A stretch of 64,000 bases of DNA from Promethearchaeota archaeon (lineage in GTDB: Archaea > Asgardarchaeota > Lokiarchaeia > Sigyniarchaeales > SOKP01), in NCBI GenBank assembly GCA_019058365.1, contig JAHPZE010000004.1:230469-294468 (forward strand), in the 5' to 3' direction. The position numbers were made by a program, and so were the translations under genes. Numbering within the stretch: position 1 is the stretch's first letter; the number at the start of each line of letters is the position of its first letter. The notes below the pieces were generated by a model. It ran no database searches, was not told the DNA's origin, and worked only from the letters and a program-made list of their open reading frames with translations. Positions 38,538 to 49,736 of the stretch are shown here, one piece after another.

Positions 38538-39525
38538 AATAGGTTTTAAACATTACTAAATCATCTTTAATATCCTTTATTTTTTCTATGATTTTATCAT
38601 GTCTAATAAGTTTTGTAATAGCTTCTTCTACAATTTCAAGATCCTCATATGCCTTAGGGTTCTCATAGGTTTGACTTTTAAAATTTGCCTGCCAAGGTTT
38701 TAATTTTGGTGAAGATTCGATATTTCTTAAATTCCAATTAATTTTTTCTTTATATTCTTCGGTTAGAGGTTTTAAATTGGCTTCATCCCATCTTTGAATA
38801 ACCCATGGAGCATATTCATGCAATTTATCAAAATCAAAATCTAAATCATATCTCCATTCATATTGATGATCCCAATTCCCTACTGCTAAAAAATTTTCAT
38901 TATCTGATTTTTCAGGAGGAAAATAGTTCCAAGTATTTCGATTTATATTCTCACCTTTAAATGGTCTGCCCTCAGCATATTGGAAAAAAAAACCTACTTT
39001 TTCTAAACTATTTTGGGCTTGTAAGGTTTTTTTCAGGTAAATCTCAATTTGGGTTATATCTATTTTACTCTTTATAATTTGTTCTTGAAATAGCTTAAAA
39101 ATTACATTTTTTGCTTCATTCGGATGACTCTTTCCAGTAAAAATTGGATAATAAATAAAACAATAATAATCAGAGCCCTTCTCGGGAATTCCCTTATAAA
39201 TTTCAACCCAACACTCTAAAAGTTTAATAAATACATTAGATTTAATGATATTGATAATTAACAATACATCTGCAATCACTGCGATAATTAATATTATTAC
39301 AAATAATACCAGACTGAAAAATATAGTTACTAGAAAATATGAAAGCGCAATATAGATAAGCAAAGCACCAGCAATGAAAAAAAAAGCTATTAAAGAATTA
39401 TACGCTTCATGCTCCTTATCTTTTTTTGAATATAATATTACTGGCGCATTTTTTATAGCAAGATCTTTCCCATATTCATTAACGAATCGTTGGAAATCAA
39501 CCTTTTTCCATTCAGAAACAGACAT
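38518..39525 (-). CDS. Hypothetical membrane protein
   Basis: 335-aa ORF with two N-terminal TM helices. Confidence 0.75.
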   Translation of the reverse strand: MSVSEWKKVDFQRFVNEYGKDLAIKNAPVILYSKKDKEHEAYNSLIAFFFIAGALLIYIALSYFLVTIFFSLVLFVIILIIAVIADVLLIINIIKSNVFIKLLECWVEIYKGIPEKGSDYYCFIYYPIFTGKSHPNEAKNVIFKLFQEQIIKSKIDITQIEIYLKKTLQAQNSLEKVGFFFQYAEGRPFKGENINRNTWNYFPPEKSDNENFLAVGNWDHQYEWRYDLDFDFDKLHEYAPWVIQRWDEANLKPLTEEYKEKINWNLRNIESSPKLKPWQANFKSQTYENPKAYEDLEIVEEAITKLIRHDKIIEKIKDIKDDLVMFKTYFRNLSS

Positions 39526-39676
39526 TATAAAACCAATAAAATTCTATTTATTTAAATTTGGTTTGATCAGTTTAAAATATTAATCTTTTTTAAATTTTAG
39601 TTAGAGGATTTAGTTTTAAAATTATTATATAATTTAGAATTGATGCTTTAAATAAAAAGAATTAGGAATTTTTGGC

Positions 39677-41227
39677 TCATCTTCGCTGTACTCTTCGATA
39701 TGATTCACTACATATTAAGACACTTATTAATAATACGCTCCAGACCCAGAATAAAGGATAACCTGGAATAATATCAGATGCATCTGTTCGGGCATATCGG
39801 GGGACTGAGATGACCGTAAAATTAGCTGTAATCATATCAGGAGGAATGATAATGCTAACCCGATAAGTTCCTGTATCATTATATTGACTAACATAGCCTT
39901 GAGTCCCTAATTTTGAAATATAAGACATAGATATATTATAAGATGAACCTGACGTTTCTACATAGAGCTTATCCGAATACGTAGCAAAATGATCAACTAA
40001 ATAGAATTTAGTAGATTGTTCAAGTTCAATCGTAAATTCATTAATTCCAGTTAGTCCATAAATAGGTATTTCTGTACTATCAGTCATAATCTTGGTAAAT
40101 TTACTATTTCTTATATTAGCAAAATAGAATCCCGCCTTACAATTTTTAGCGTATAGATTCTCTCCAATCATATCATATCCATAGATATAGAAAGCTAGTT
40201 TCTGGTTTTCACATATAATATTATTCAGATATGTCTTTTGGAAAAGACTAACAGAATATAGTTGAATTCCAATACTACAGGGTTTGGAGATATGAATATT
40301 TGAAAGTGTAAGGTTAGCACATGCTACAAAAAGTAATTGTCCGTATTGAGACGCATTTTCCTGCGTAAAAACCATATTATCAACGCCCCAAAATAATCCT
40401 ATCGGTTTTCCATTGACAGTGTTATTGCTGTCATAGTCGGAAATACTCATGCCAGGAACAATCCCACAATTGATAAGTTCGTTATTATGGATAAATTCTA
40501 CCAATTCTGCCATCATCCCTATTGAACAATCTTCAATACGACAATCTTCAATAGCAGAATCATCACCTGATCTGACCCAGATACCGATTCCACCATAATC
40601 AAAATAGCTGTTTAGATCTATTGTGGCCGTTATTGAAACCCATTGGCAATTCGAGATATAACAATTTGAGATATTTACTATGACATGTGACCATCTACTG
40701 TAAATTCCTATACTGCAATTAGTAATTTCAACATTTATAATCCGATGCTGATAACCCCCTGGTGGAATACCAATAGAGAAATGAATCCCGACTGAAACTT
40801 GTGATATTTTACAATTTCGAATGATGAATGAACCATTGGTATTAATATAAATTCCAACATATGTATAATCAAGTAAAGTACGATTCCCTGATTGCATTGT
40901 TTTGACACCAGCACCAATTATCTCAATATTTTCTATAATAAATGGGTTCAAATCAGTGCCATTTCCGGTGATAAAAGGATAAAGATCCCAATCATCCCAT
41001 GATGAAATATTAATAGGATCAACTAATAAGTAACCATTACTCATGGAGATATCTTCTCGACTGTTGTTCATGATACTTCCCTTCTTTTCTTGAGTGGAAT
41101 TTTTATTAGAGCTTCCGAGAAAATTGTTGTTTAAAATCATGAATGTAGAAAATAGAAAAATGCAGAGAAGAAAAAGGTTCACAGCTCTTTTCTTTAAAAA
41201 GTAATATCTGAATATTTTGTATCTGAT
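39677..41227 (-). CDS. Secreted parallel beta-helix (NosD/PbH1) protein with a Loki-CTERM-like tail
   Basis: GNGTDLNPFIIENIEI, repeated I.NC.I...GI units, NTVNGKPI; C-terminal IIPGY-TM-RRVQRR. Start is either GTG 41182 or ATC 41227. Confidence 0.82.
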   Translation of the reverse strand: MRYKIFRYYFLKKRAVNLFLLCIFLFSTFMILNNNFLGSSNKNSTQEKKGSIMNNSREDISMSNGYLLVDPINISSWDDWDLYPFITGNGTDLNPFIIENIEIIGAGVKTMQSGNRTLLDYTYVGIYINTNGSFIIRNCKISQVSVGIHFSIGIPPGGYQHRIINVEITNCSIGIYSRWSHVIVNISNCYISNCQWVSITATIDLNSYFDYGGIGIWVRSGDDSAIEDCRIEDCSIGMMAELVEFIHNNELINCGIVPGMSISDYDSNNTVNGKPIGLFWGVDNMVFTQENASQYGQLLFVACANLTLSNIHISKPCSIGIQLYSVSLFQKTYLNNIICENQKLAFYIYGYDMIGENLYAKNCKAGFYFANIRNSKFTKIMTDSTEIPIYGLTGINEFTIELEQSTKFYLVDHFATYSDKLYVETSGSSYNISMSYISKLGTQGYVSQYNDTGTYRVSIIIPPDMITANFTVISVPRYARTDASDIIPGYPLFWVWSVLLISVLICSESYRRVQRR

Positions 41228-41418
41228 GTTAAAACACCTAACTTATATTCGATTTCTATTAAAAATAATATAATGAAATAAGACAATTTCCTATATAAAC
41301 TAATTTAGTTCACAACCCCATCTTTATAAATATGCTAATGCTTTTGGGTGTCAAATTAATAGAAATAATAAAATCTATTCTCCTTTTAACTTTTAATTGA
41401 GATAGTTCATTATACATA

Positions 41419-43740
41419 TTGACGCAATTTATGGTAGATTTTGATGAATTTTTAGAATATTTAAAAAGTCAAGAGTTCTATAGGGGTCAAATATCCCATA
41501 TTGAAGATATTCCTGAGTCAAAACCCCGTTTTGATGAATTGAACACACCAGTTCGAAAAAGGCTTCAACGATGGTTAGTTCATAATAATATCAAATTATG
41601 GCGCCACCAAGTTCAAGCAATTAATTCAATTCGTGAAGGCAAAAATACTGTAATAGTTACATCAACAGCTTCAGGAAAATCTCTTTGTTATAATCTCCCT
41701 ATATTAAACTCAATTTTAGAAGAACCATCCACTACTGCAATTTATGTCTTCCCTACTAAAGCCTTAGCTAGGGACCAATTTAGTATATTATCAAATTTAT
41801 TAACGGAGCTAAACATCAAGCAAAACCGTATTGGAATTTATGATGGAGATATAGAACCTAATGAAAAGAGATTTGTTTTAAACAATGCTAACATTATTAT
41901 AACCAATCCTTATGGATTGCACTTTTATTTACCTTGGTTCAAGAAGAACTGGAGGAGAATTTGTCAGAATTTAAAATACGTTGTGTTGGATGAAATTCAC
42001 ATTTACAGAGGGATTTTCGGATCCAACTTTGCCTTACTACTTAGAAGATTAAAAAGATTGCTTGAAACTTATAATGTAAAACCTCAATGGATCCTTTCAA
42101 GTGCCACTATTTATAATCCTAAAGAGTTTTGTGAAAAATTAGTGGGTGAAGAATTTGTTGTTGTAGATAGAGATGATTCTCCTTCAGGTGCGAAAAAAGT
42201 TATATTATGGGATTTACCATATGATGAAATTTCCAATAAATATCGCTCACCTCATCAAGAAACTAAGAATCTATTTATTAGTCATTTAAAAGCAGGAATT
42301 CAAACGTTAACCTTCACCCTCTCAAGAAAAATGGCTGAATTACAAGCTATTTGGACAAGAGATGCTTTACCTACTTTAAGAGATAAAATATTCAGTTATC
42401 GAGCTGGTATTAGTAAAAGAAAAAGGAGAGAAATTGAATTAAATTTTAAACAGAAGAAAATATTAGGAATTAGCTCTACTAATGCACTTGAATTAGGAAT
42501 TGATATAGGTTCTTTAGATGCTACGATTAGTTCTGGCTTCCCCTCAACAATCTCAAGTTTCAGACAACAAATTGGTCGTTCTGGAAGAGGTACTAATCTT
42601 TCGATATCAACTCTTATACCAATGGAAAATCCCTTGGATTTATTCTATATACATAATCCAGATAAGCTATTCGGACAAATTCAAGAGGAGGTGTTAATTA
42701 CTCTAAATAATAAGTATATATTGAAAAACCATATTTGCTGTGCTAGTAAGGAAAGTCCAATAAGAATTGAAGAGTATGATAAATTTGGAATTCAAGATAA
42801 AAATCTGTTCTTAGAAATTATAGAAGAATTACTTTCAGAATCTTTGCTGATGAAAAGAGGAAATCGTTATTATTGGAATAGTGATTTCTTTCCGAATGAA
42901 AAATATGGATTAAATGATCTATCGAGTCGAAGTTATAAGGTTCTGCAAAGAACTGATTTAGGCGAAGAACTATTGACTATTGAGGATGAAAGTTTCGTTT
43001 TTCGTGATTTACACCAAGGTGCTGTATATCTTTATGAAGCAGAAACTTATTTAGTAGAAGAACTCGATATAAATGAGAGATTAGTATATTTAAAAAGAGC
43101 AAATATAGATTTTTACACACAATCCTTAAAACATACTGATATCACTACTCTTAAAGTGATCTCAGAAAAAAAAGTAGGTCCAAATAACACTATTGATGCC
43201 TTTTTTGGAGATGTAAAAGTAGAACATGAATATTACTCTTATAAAGTTATTAATACAGTAAATCAAGAAATACGTTCAAGACACCCGCTAGAAGATATTC
43301 CTATAATAGAGTTTGACAGTCAGGCACTCTGGTTCTTAATCCCATTTGAGTACCAGAAAGAATTGGAATCAGAAGGATATGATCTTGGAGGAACCATCCA
43401 TGCTATAGAGCATGCAATGATAGCAATGGCACCAGCATTAGCTCAAATTTCTCGATGGGATTTAGGTGGCGTCTCAATCGATTTTGATCCTGTCAAGCAG
43501 CAACCCATTATTTATATATATGATGCATATAGAGGGGGCATAGGAATATCTGAAGCATTATTTTGCAGTTTAAATGATTTATTAGAAATGACTTATACGT
43601 TAATTAATTCTTGCAGCTGTATAAGTCCTGATGGTTGTCCTTGCTGTTGTCTTAGCCCTAAATGTGGAAATAATAATGAACCTTTAGATAAAAAAGGAGC
43701 TATATTTCTATTAAAAAAACTTATCAAAAGCATTGATTAA
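41419..43740 (+). CDS. DEAD/DEAH-box helicase with DUF1998 (Hrq1/MrfA/SftH family)
   Basis: HQVQA, TSTASGKS, PTKALARDQ, DEIH, SAT, TNALELGIDIG, QQIGRSGR, HAIEHA, YDAYRGGIG, C-x-C...GCPCC...CGN. Confidence 0.93.
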   Translation: MTQFMVDFDEFLEYLKSQEFYRGQISHIEDIPESKPRFDELNTPVRKRLQRWLVHNNIKLWRHQVQAINSIREGKNTVIVTSTASGKSLCYNLPILNSILEEPSTTAIYVFPTKALARDQFSILSNLLTELNIKQNRIGIYDGDIEPNEKRFVLNNANIIITNPYGLHFYLPWFKKNWRRICQNLKYVVLDEIHIYRGIFGSNFALLLRRLKRLLETYNVKPQWILSSATIYNPKEFCEKLVGEEFVVVDRDDSPSGAKKVILWDLPYDEISNKYRSPHQETKNLFISHLKAGIQTLTFTLSRKMAELQAIWTRDALPTLRDKIFSYRAGISKRKRREIELNFKQKKILGISSTNALELGIDIGSLDATISSGFPSTISSFRQQIGRSGRGTNLSISTLIPMENPLDLFYIHNPDKLFGQIQEEVLITLNNKYILKNHICCASKESPIRIEEYDKFGIQDKNLFLEIIEELLSESLLMKRGNRYYWNSDFFPNEKYGLNDLSSRSYKVLQRTDLGEELLTIEDESFVFRDLHQGAVYLYEAETYLVEELDINERLVYLKRANIDFYTQSLKHTDITTLKVISEKKVGPNNTIDAFFGDVKVEHEYYSYKVINTVNQEIRSRHPLEDIPIIEFDSQALWFLIPFEYQKELESEGYDLGGTIHAIEHAMIAMAPALAQISRWDLGGVSIDFDPVKQQPIIYIYDAYRGGIGISEALFCSLNDLLEMTYTLINSCSCISPDGCPCCCLSPKCGNNNEPLDKKGAIFLLKKLIKSID

Positions 43741-43898
43741 AACACAAATATTTAGGATATTAAAATTAAAAGCGTTAGAAATTCTTAGAAATTTGAATTT
43801 AATGTAAAATTTTTATAGTCTGAAATTATATTTATACATAACACCAGATAAAAACCTATAGAATTGAGTATAAAAATCAAAATTATTGGGTATTTGGG

Positions 43899-44432
43899 TT
43901 GTCTTACACTTCCACGTTCAAGATAGTAATTTTTGGAGATTCGCAAACGGGTAAAACTACGTTAACTCATAGATTTTTAACGAATTTATTTAAAGACGAT
44001 ATAACAATGACTCTTGGTGTAGATTTTCACCTTAAAGCTGTAGAATTAGATGGAGAAGTGGCAAAACTCCAGATATGGGATTTTGCAGGAGAGGAACGAT
44101 TTAGATTCCTCTTTCCTTCTTATATTAGAGGTGCCAATGGAGCAATTTTTATGTATGATATTACAAATTATGGTTCACTTGCTCATGTAGATGATTGGTT
44201 TGAAATTGTCGAAAAGGAAATTAAGTATAAGTTACCAATTGTTTTTGTTGGTGGAAAGACTGATTTAATGCATCTTAAAGAAGTTTCTACAAAAAAAGCA
44301 ATGGATTTAGCAATGACTAAAGGCGCAGATGGTTTTATCGAGTGTAGTTCTAAAACAGGTGAGAATGTTCATAAAATTTTCAATTTACTCACAAAATTAA
44401 TTCTTAAAGACAAAGCTTCAGGAAAAAAATAA
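43899..44432 (+). CDS. Rab-like small GTPase
   Basis: G1 GDSQTGKT, G2 TLG, G3 WDFAGEE, G4 GGKTD, G5 CSSK. Confidence 0.92.
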   Translation: MSYTSTFKIVIFGDSQTGKTTLTHRFLTNLFKDDITMTLGVDFHLKAVELDGEVAKLQIWDFAGEERFRFLFPSYIRGANGAIFMYDITNYGSLAHVDDWFEIVEKEIKYKLPIVFVGGKTDLMHLKEVSTKKAMDLAMTKGADGFIECSSKTGENVHKIFNLLTKLILKDKASGKK

Positions 44433-44532
44433 CTTTTTTATATTCCACCTAATTTTAATCTAATAAAAGTATATTTAAATTTAAAGAAAGAGATATTACG
44501 TTTATTTAAAATGGCGATATTAAATAAAAATT

Positions 44533-45012
44533 ATGTCATTTCCTGTTAAGATTGCTGAAGCAACAGAAAAAAATATCCCTGAAATTGTAGGATTATGGAA
44601 AGAGCTTGCTGATTATCATTCAAATATAGATCCTTTTTTTACCAGGAAAAAAGATGGACATATAAACTTTAAATCTTTTATCACTAAATTAATCCGATCT
44701 GAAGACGCAAAAATATTCATAGCAATAGAGGATGAAAAAATCCTTGGGTATACAATTGCTAAAATTGATCTTTATCCTCCAGTTTATTTGTTAGAAAAAC
44801 ATGGCTCTATTTATGATATGTATGTTACATTAAAACATAGAAAAATGGGTATTGGAAATAAATTGTGGCAGGAAGCTCTTAAATGGTTTAAAGCGCTAGG
44901 TTTAGAAAGAGTAGAACTTAGTATTGTACCAGCTAATCCTATATCTTCCTCTTTTTGGAAAAAACACGGATTTAAAGATTATATGCATAGACTTTTTATC
45001 AAAATTAAATAA
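44533..45012 (+). CDS. GNAT acetyltransferase
   Basis: IYDMYV...HRKMGIG...FWKKHGF. Confidence 0.9.
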   Translation: MSFPVKIAEATEKNIPEIVGLWKELADYHSNIDPFFTRKKDGHINFKSFITKLIRSEDAKIFIAIEDEKILGYTIAKIDLYPPVYLLEKHGSIYDMYVTLKHRKMGIGNKLWQEALKWFKALGLERVELSIVPANPISSSFWKKHGFKDYMHRLFIKIK

Positions 45013-45015
45013 AAA

Positions 45016-46860
45016 TTAACTTCTATAAAATTTTTGATCAAAATTTAAAGATTTTAATTTACTTACGCTAGGTACTCCAGTTATAGGATCCCAATCACGA
45101 TATTTATAGTATAATTCTTTTAATTTGCTAAAATTTGGAGATCTTCCTGCTGACCCTCCACTTTCGAACGGTTTTAATAAAATTTGAGGTATTCTATCGT
45201 CTAAAGGGGTTAATCCCATTTTAATATTGAAAATTCTTTTCATATTCGCAATTCTTTCGCCATATAATTTAACTTCTTTAAGTCCAAACTTTAATCCTGT
45301 TGCGTATTTTATTATATCTGCATTTTGAGAAGGTAAAGGATTACAAAAGGAACACATTATCATTGAGCTATATAATGCTCTATAATCCATCAATAAAGAA
45401 CAACATTTAGCCATTTCCATATCGTCCTTATATGTATCAATTTGGTTAATACCTAGTTCATCTAAAGGAATACCCATTAATATATAATAAGCATCGCATG
45501 CATTATGAGAAGGACCACGGGGTCCTATTCCATAAGCAATTGACATTCCATAGTTAGAACGACAATCATGATATGTTACCTCCATTTTATCTACTGTTGC
45601 AATTTCCTCCTTGTTAATTCCAAATTTTTCAGCAAAGTAGTTAGAACCTTCAGCAAGGACATTTCCAATCCCTTCCCTTTTAACTATTTTTTCTAATAAT
45701 TGCTCAACTATTTCCATTTCTCCCCATTCAGGTTCTAAACCATCTAAATCTTTTGAATTTATATTCTTCATGTTATAGTGATAAATTATACTGCCAATAA
45801 CTCCACTTGTACTAATAGTATCAATTCCGAAGTCATTACACTTTTTATTAATATGAGTTATCGATTTTAAATCATCATTTAAGATTAAACTGCCAAAACC
45901 GCAGATTGTTTCATATTCAGGACCTTTAGTTTCATCAGTTTTGTATTTTCCTTCTTTAATTTCAATGATTCTTCCACATCCTATTACACAAGAATGACAA
46001 AAAGCTTGTTTTACTAATATTGTTTCTGCCATAGTAACCCCCGATAAGTTTCTTGCTTTTTCCCATTTAGGTTGTGTATGATATTTTATAGGCAATTCAC
46101 TTGTAATATTATACATATCAAGAGCGGCGGCAGTTCCATACTTACCTAACATTTGCGTCGTGAATGAAGATTTTACGTAATCCCTCGTGACCTTTATGGC
46201 ATTATCTAATTTTTCTTTGTCTGCTACATTGAGATTTAAATTAGTACCTTTAGCAATGATAGCTTTTAGCTTCTTTGAGCCAAAGATAGCGCCCATACCT
46301 GTTCTACCAGCAGCTCTTTGCTCAGAAATTATATTTGCATATTTTATAAGGTTTTCCCCAGCTAATCCTATACAAGCTACCTTTGCCTTATTGTCTCTAA
46401 CAACTTCCTTAAGCATTTTTGTTGTTTGGAACGTTCCCATACCCCATAAAAACTCCGCATTTTTAATTTTAACTTCACTATCGTTTATTTCAATATATAC
46501 AGGTTTTTCAGAAGCACCAATTATTTCAATACCATCGTATCCCGCTTTCTTCACTTCAGCTCCAAACCAACTTCCACAATTAGATTCCCCCCAAATTCCT
46601 GTTAATGGTGATTTAGAACATACAACCCATCTACCTGTATTCGGAGCAAAAGTTCCATTTAACGGACCTGTCATTATCATTAAAATATTCTCTGGAGAAA
46701 GAGGATCTGTATCTCGTTCTACCTTATCATATAGATAACGACAAGCATAACCAGCTCCTCCTAAGAAATCTTTTGCGATTTCTTCATTTAAAGGTTCAAT
46801 AAAAATTTCTTTATTTGTAAGATTAATTTTTAAAATCTTTCCTGTAAAAGAATGTAAAAT
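45016..46860 (-). CDS. Tungsten-dependent aldehyde:ferredoxin oxidoreductase family protein
   Basis: In-frame extension adds HSFTGKILKINLT...FLGGAG...DPLSPEN; also KSPLTG, AGRTGMGAIFGSKKLKA, CHSCVIGC, GPEYET, GIDTIS. Start inferred at ATT 46860. Confidence 0.92.
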   Translation of the reverse strand: MLHSFTGKILKINLTNKEIFIEPLNEEIAKDFLGGAGYACRYLYDKVERDTDPLSPENILMIMTGPLNGTFAPNTGRWVVCSKSPLTGIWGESNCGSWFGAEVKKAGYDGIEIIGASEKPVYIEINDSEVKIKNAEFLWGMGTFQTTKMLKEVVRDNKAKVACIGLAGENLIKYANIISEQRAAGRTGMGAIFGSKKLKAIIAKGTNLNLNVADKEKLDNAIKVTRDYVKSSFTTQMLGKYGTAAALDMYNITSELPIKYHTQPKWEKARNLSGVTMAETILVKQAFCHSCVIGCGRIIEIKEGKYKTDETKGPEYETICGFGSLILNDDLKSITHINKKCNDFGIDTISTSGVIGSIIYHYNMKNINSKDLDGLEPEWGEMEIVEQLLEKIVKREGIGNVLAEGSNYFAEKFGINKEEIATVDKMEVTYHDCRSNYGMSIAYGIGPRGPSHNACDAYYILMGIPLDELGINQIDTYKDDMEMAKCCSLLMDYRALYSSMIMCSFCNPLPSQNADIIKYATGLKFGLKEVKLYGERIANMKRIFNIKMGLTPLDDRIPQILLKPFESGGSAGRSPNFSKLKELYYKYRDWDPITGVPSVSKLKSLNFDQKFYRS

Positions 46861-47024
46861 ATTAGAGCACCAATTAATATCTATTAAAAAATCTATTTAA
46901 TATGTAAAAATTCATTTTTTATTTAATTTATTTCTCGTTTATTTTTTATAACTAAAATTTGAATGGTAATACTTTATAGATCATTATATAAATTTTTTTA
47001 AAACAAGTAATTTCACTAATAAAT

Positions 47025-47531
47025 ATGAACTCGATAAAACATTTAAAATGGAGCGATCTTATCTCTCCAACAATGACCCCTGATGAATATTTCAAAATAT
47101 ATAAAGAAAAAATTAGTAAAGTCTATGAAAGTTATGAGCCAAAATCAGAGATCATTGAGAAGATTAAACAATTTCTTAAAAGTAAGCAAGAAAAATTAAA
47201 AATTGTTGTTTTAGGTGCTGATTGGTGTCCTGATTGTTCGAAACATATACCTAGAATGATTAAGTTAATAAAAAATATCAATACAAAAGATGTTACTTTG
47301 AAAATTTTATATGGTATAATGGTAAATGCATTACATAAACCGGAAGAAACAATATGGCACAAAAAGCGTTCACCACCAGAAGCAACGGATCCAAAGTTTG
47401 AATTAAAAGCCATCCCAACTTTTTATTTCTTCAATAAGAATGGTGAGTATATTGGTGTCATAGTTGAAAATCCAAAGTTAACTTCTACATTAGAAGAGGA
47501 TATTTTGGAGATTTTAGAGAAAAAGATCTAA
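47025..47531 (+). CDS. Thioredoxin-family protein
   Basis: GADWCPDC active site; AIPTF cis-Pro loop. Confidence 0.85.
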   Translation: MNSIKHLKWSDLISPTMTPDEYFKIYKEKISKVYESYEPKSEIIEKIKQFLKSKQEKLKIVVLGADWCPDCSKHIPRMIKLIKNINTKDVTLKILYGIMVNALHKPEETIWHKKRSPPEATDPKFELKAIPTFYFFNKNGEYIGVIVENPKLTSTLEEDILEILEKKI

Positions 47532-47652
47532 GAAGTTTATAAGATAGCTTATCATTTTTTTATAATACCCTTTTCCATCTAAATTTTAATCATCTTGATA
47601 TTTAATTTTAAAATCATCAAAATTTAAATTTTAAATAAGTTATAATAATTTT

Positions 47653-49704
47653 ATGTCAAAATTAAAAGTAAAAAGAGTAATTATATTTAAGCACGGAGTA
47701 TCTTATTACATTCTCGAGGGTACTTTAAAGAGCTCTGGAAAATTTGAAATTGAGTTTAAGATTGATGAGATGAATGATGTATTAAAATCACTTTTTGTTT
47801 TAGATACAAGCAAAAAAGGGTATATATCCTCGATTTCTTATGATGCAGCATTAGATACTGACCAGGTACTAAAATCCATAATGTTAAACATTCCTGATAG
47901 AGATTCTTTTTCTTCCCTAGTAACACAAATAAAAGGAGCTGACGTTTTTTTAATCGTAGGGGGTGCTAAGAAAATTTCAGGGAAAATAATGGGAATCGAA
48001 TATACAGAAAAATTGACTAAAGATGAGAAGATTACTGAAAAGTTATTAATACTTCATCAAGATGATGGTACAATAACTAAATATAACTTTACAGAAATTC
48101 GTTCTTTAGAAATAATAAATGAAGAAATCAAAAAGGATTTGAAATTCTTTTTGGATACAGTTATAGCTGGAAAGAAGAAAGATGCTAAAAAAATAATAAT
48201 AAATTGTGAGTCTGGAGGAGAAGATGAAGTTGAAAGAAACATCTTCGTGTCGTATATTCGTGAAAGTCCTATCTGGAAGACTTCTTACCGTTTAATTATG
48301 AGCAAACAACAAGCTTTAGAGCAAAAATGTTTACTTTCTGGTTGGAGTCTTATTGAAAATACCACTAATCAAGATTGGGAAGACATAGAATTATCTTTAG
48401 TAGCTGGTATGCCAGTTTCATTCATTTATGAATTTTATAGACCTATTTTCATCCAACGACCAATAATTCAACCACCGAAAGTTTTAAGCGCTAGACCCAC
48501 AGAAATTGAAGAAGGATTGGAAATGGAAAAATTTGAGGATTATGCTATGGCAGAAATGGAAGCAAAACCAATGGCAATGAAAAAAAGAGCTATAGCTTCA
48601 ACTACAGGAGCTCGTCCTCCTCCTGCTCCTGGTGGTACTGGTGGATTTGGACGTATGCAAAGCATTATGTCTGATACAGAGGTTTATGATAAGGTGAAAT
48701 CTCAAGTCAAGACTCAAACAAAAGATTTGGGAGAATTATTTGAATATAATATTTCAAATCCAGTAACAATTAAACGAAAGCAATCTGCTTTAGTTCCAAT
48801 ACTTACTGAGTCGATTAAAGCAAAAAGAATTTTACTCTATAACAAAAATGAAAATGATCAAAACCCTAATGCTTGCCTGGAAATTACAAACAACACTAAT
48901 CTTACACTAGAAAGAGGACCAGTAACAATTATTTATGATGATAATCTTGCTGGTGAAGCTATTATCCCTTTTTTGAATAAAGATGATACGAGATTATTGA
49001 ATTTTGCTGTTGAACAAGCTATAATAATAAATCATGAACAGAAATCAGAGAATTTAACTGTACACAAAGTTACATTTAAAAGTGGTTACTCTTATGAATA
49101 TTATTTTACAAATTTAATGACCACCTATAAAATTAAAAATAAAACTGATGAAGAAAAGGAGCTTTACCTTGATCATCCAAAAACTTATGAATACAAAGTT
49201 ATAGAGAAACCTATAGAACCAGAAGAAACTGCTAATTACTGGCGATTCAAAATTACCTTAAAGCCAAAGGATGCAATTGTTTTTAAAATAAAAGAACAAA
49301 GAGAAAATTATTCAAGCATATATTTATGGAATTATAGTAAAGAGGATTTATTAAAACGAGTAGGTTTTTATGTCAAAAAGAAATTTATCGAATCAGATAT
49401 TGAAAATCTATTAAAAGAAATCGCAGAATTAATTAAAACTTTAAATGATTTAAGATCTAAACAAGAAAAGCTAGATGAAGAGAGAAACAATATGACTGAT
49501 GAACAATCTCGCTTAAGAGAGAATATCTCTGTTTTAGGGGATGATAGTCAATCAATTTCGCTAAAGGAAAGATACATAAAGAAGTTAAGCGATCAAGAAA
49601 GTAGATTTGAGGAAATCAATAAAGAACTTAAATTAATGGATAAGAAAATTAAAGATTTAAATAAAATAATTGAAGAAAAAATGAATTCACTTTCGTTTCC
49701 TTAA
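47653..49704 (+). CDS. DUF4139-like protein with C-terminal coiled coil
   Basis: VIIFKHGVSY, PIWKTSYRL, IENTTNQDWEDIELSLVAGMPVSF, GELFEY, QSALVPI, EQSRLRENI. Confidence 0.72.
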   Translation: MSKLKVKRVIIFKHGVSYYILEGTLKSSGKFEIEFKIDEMNDVLKSLFVLDTSKKGYISSISYDAALDTDQVLKSIMLNIPDRDSFSSLVTQIKGADVFLIVGGAKKISGKIMGIEYTEKLTKDEKITEKLLILHQDDGTITKYNFTEIRSLEIINEEIKKDLKFFLDTVIAGKKKDAKKIIINCESGGEDEVERNIFVSYIRESPIWKTSYRLIMSKQQALEQKCLLSGWSLIENTTNQDWEDIELSLVAGMPVSFIYEFYRPIFIQRPIIQPPKVLSARPTEIEEGLEMEKFEDYAMAEMEAKPMAMKKRAIASTTGARPPPAPGGTGGFGRMQSIMSDTEVYDKVKSQVKTQTKDLGELFEYNISNPVTIKRKQSALVPILTESIKAKRILLYNKNENDQNPNACLEITNNTNLTLERGPVTIIYDDNLAGEAIIPFLNKDDTRLLNFAVEQAIIINHEQKSENLTVHKVTFKSGYSYEYYFTNLMTTYKIKNKTDEEKELYLDHPKTYEYKVIEKPIEPEETANYWRFKITLKPKDAIVFKIKEQRENYSSIYLWNYSKEDLLKRVGFYVKKKFIESDIENLLKEIAELIKTLNDLRSKQEKLDEERNNMTDEQSRLRENISVLGDDSQSISLKERYIKKLSDQESRFEEINKELKLMDKKIKDLNKIIEEKMNSLSFP

Positions 49705-49736
49705 TTCCAACAAATATTAATCTTTTTTATTATATT

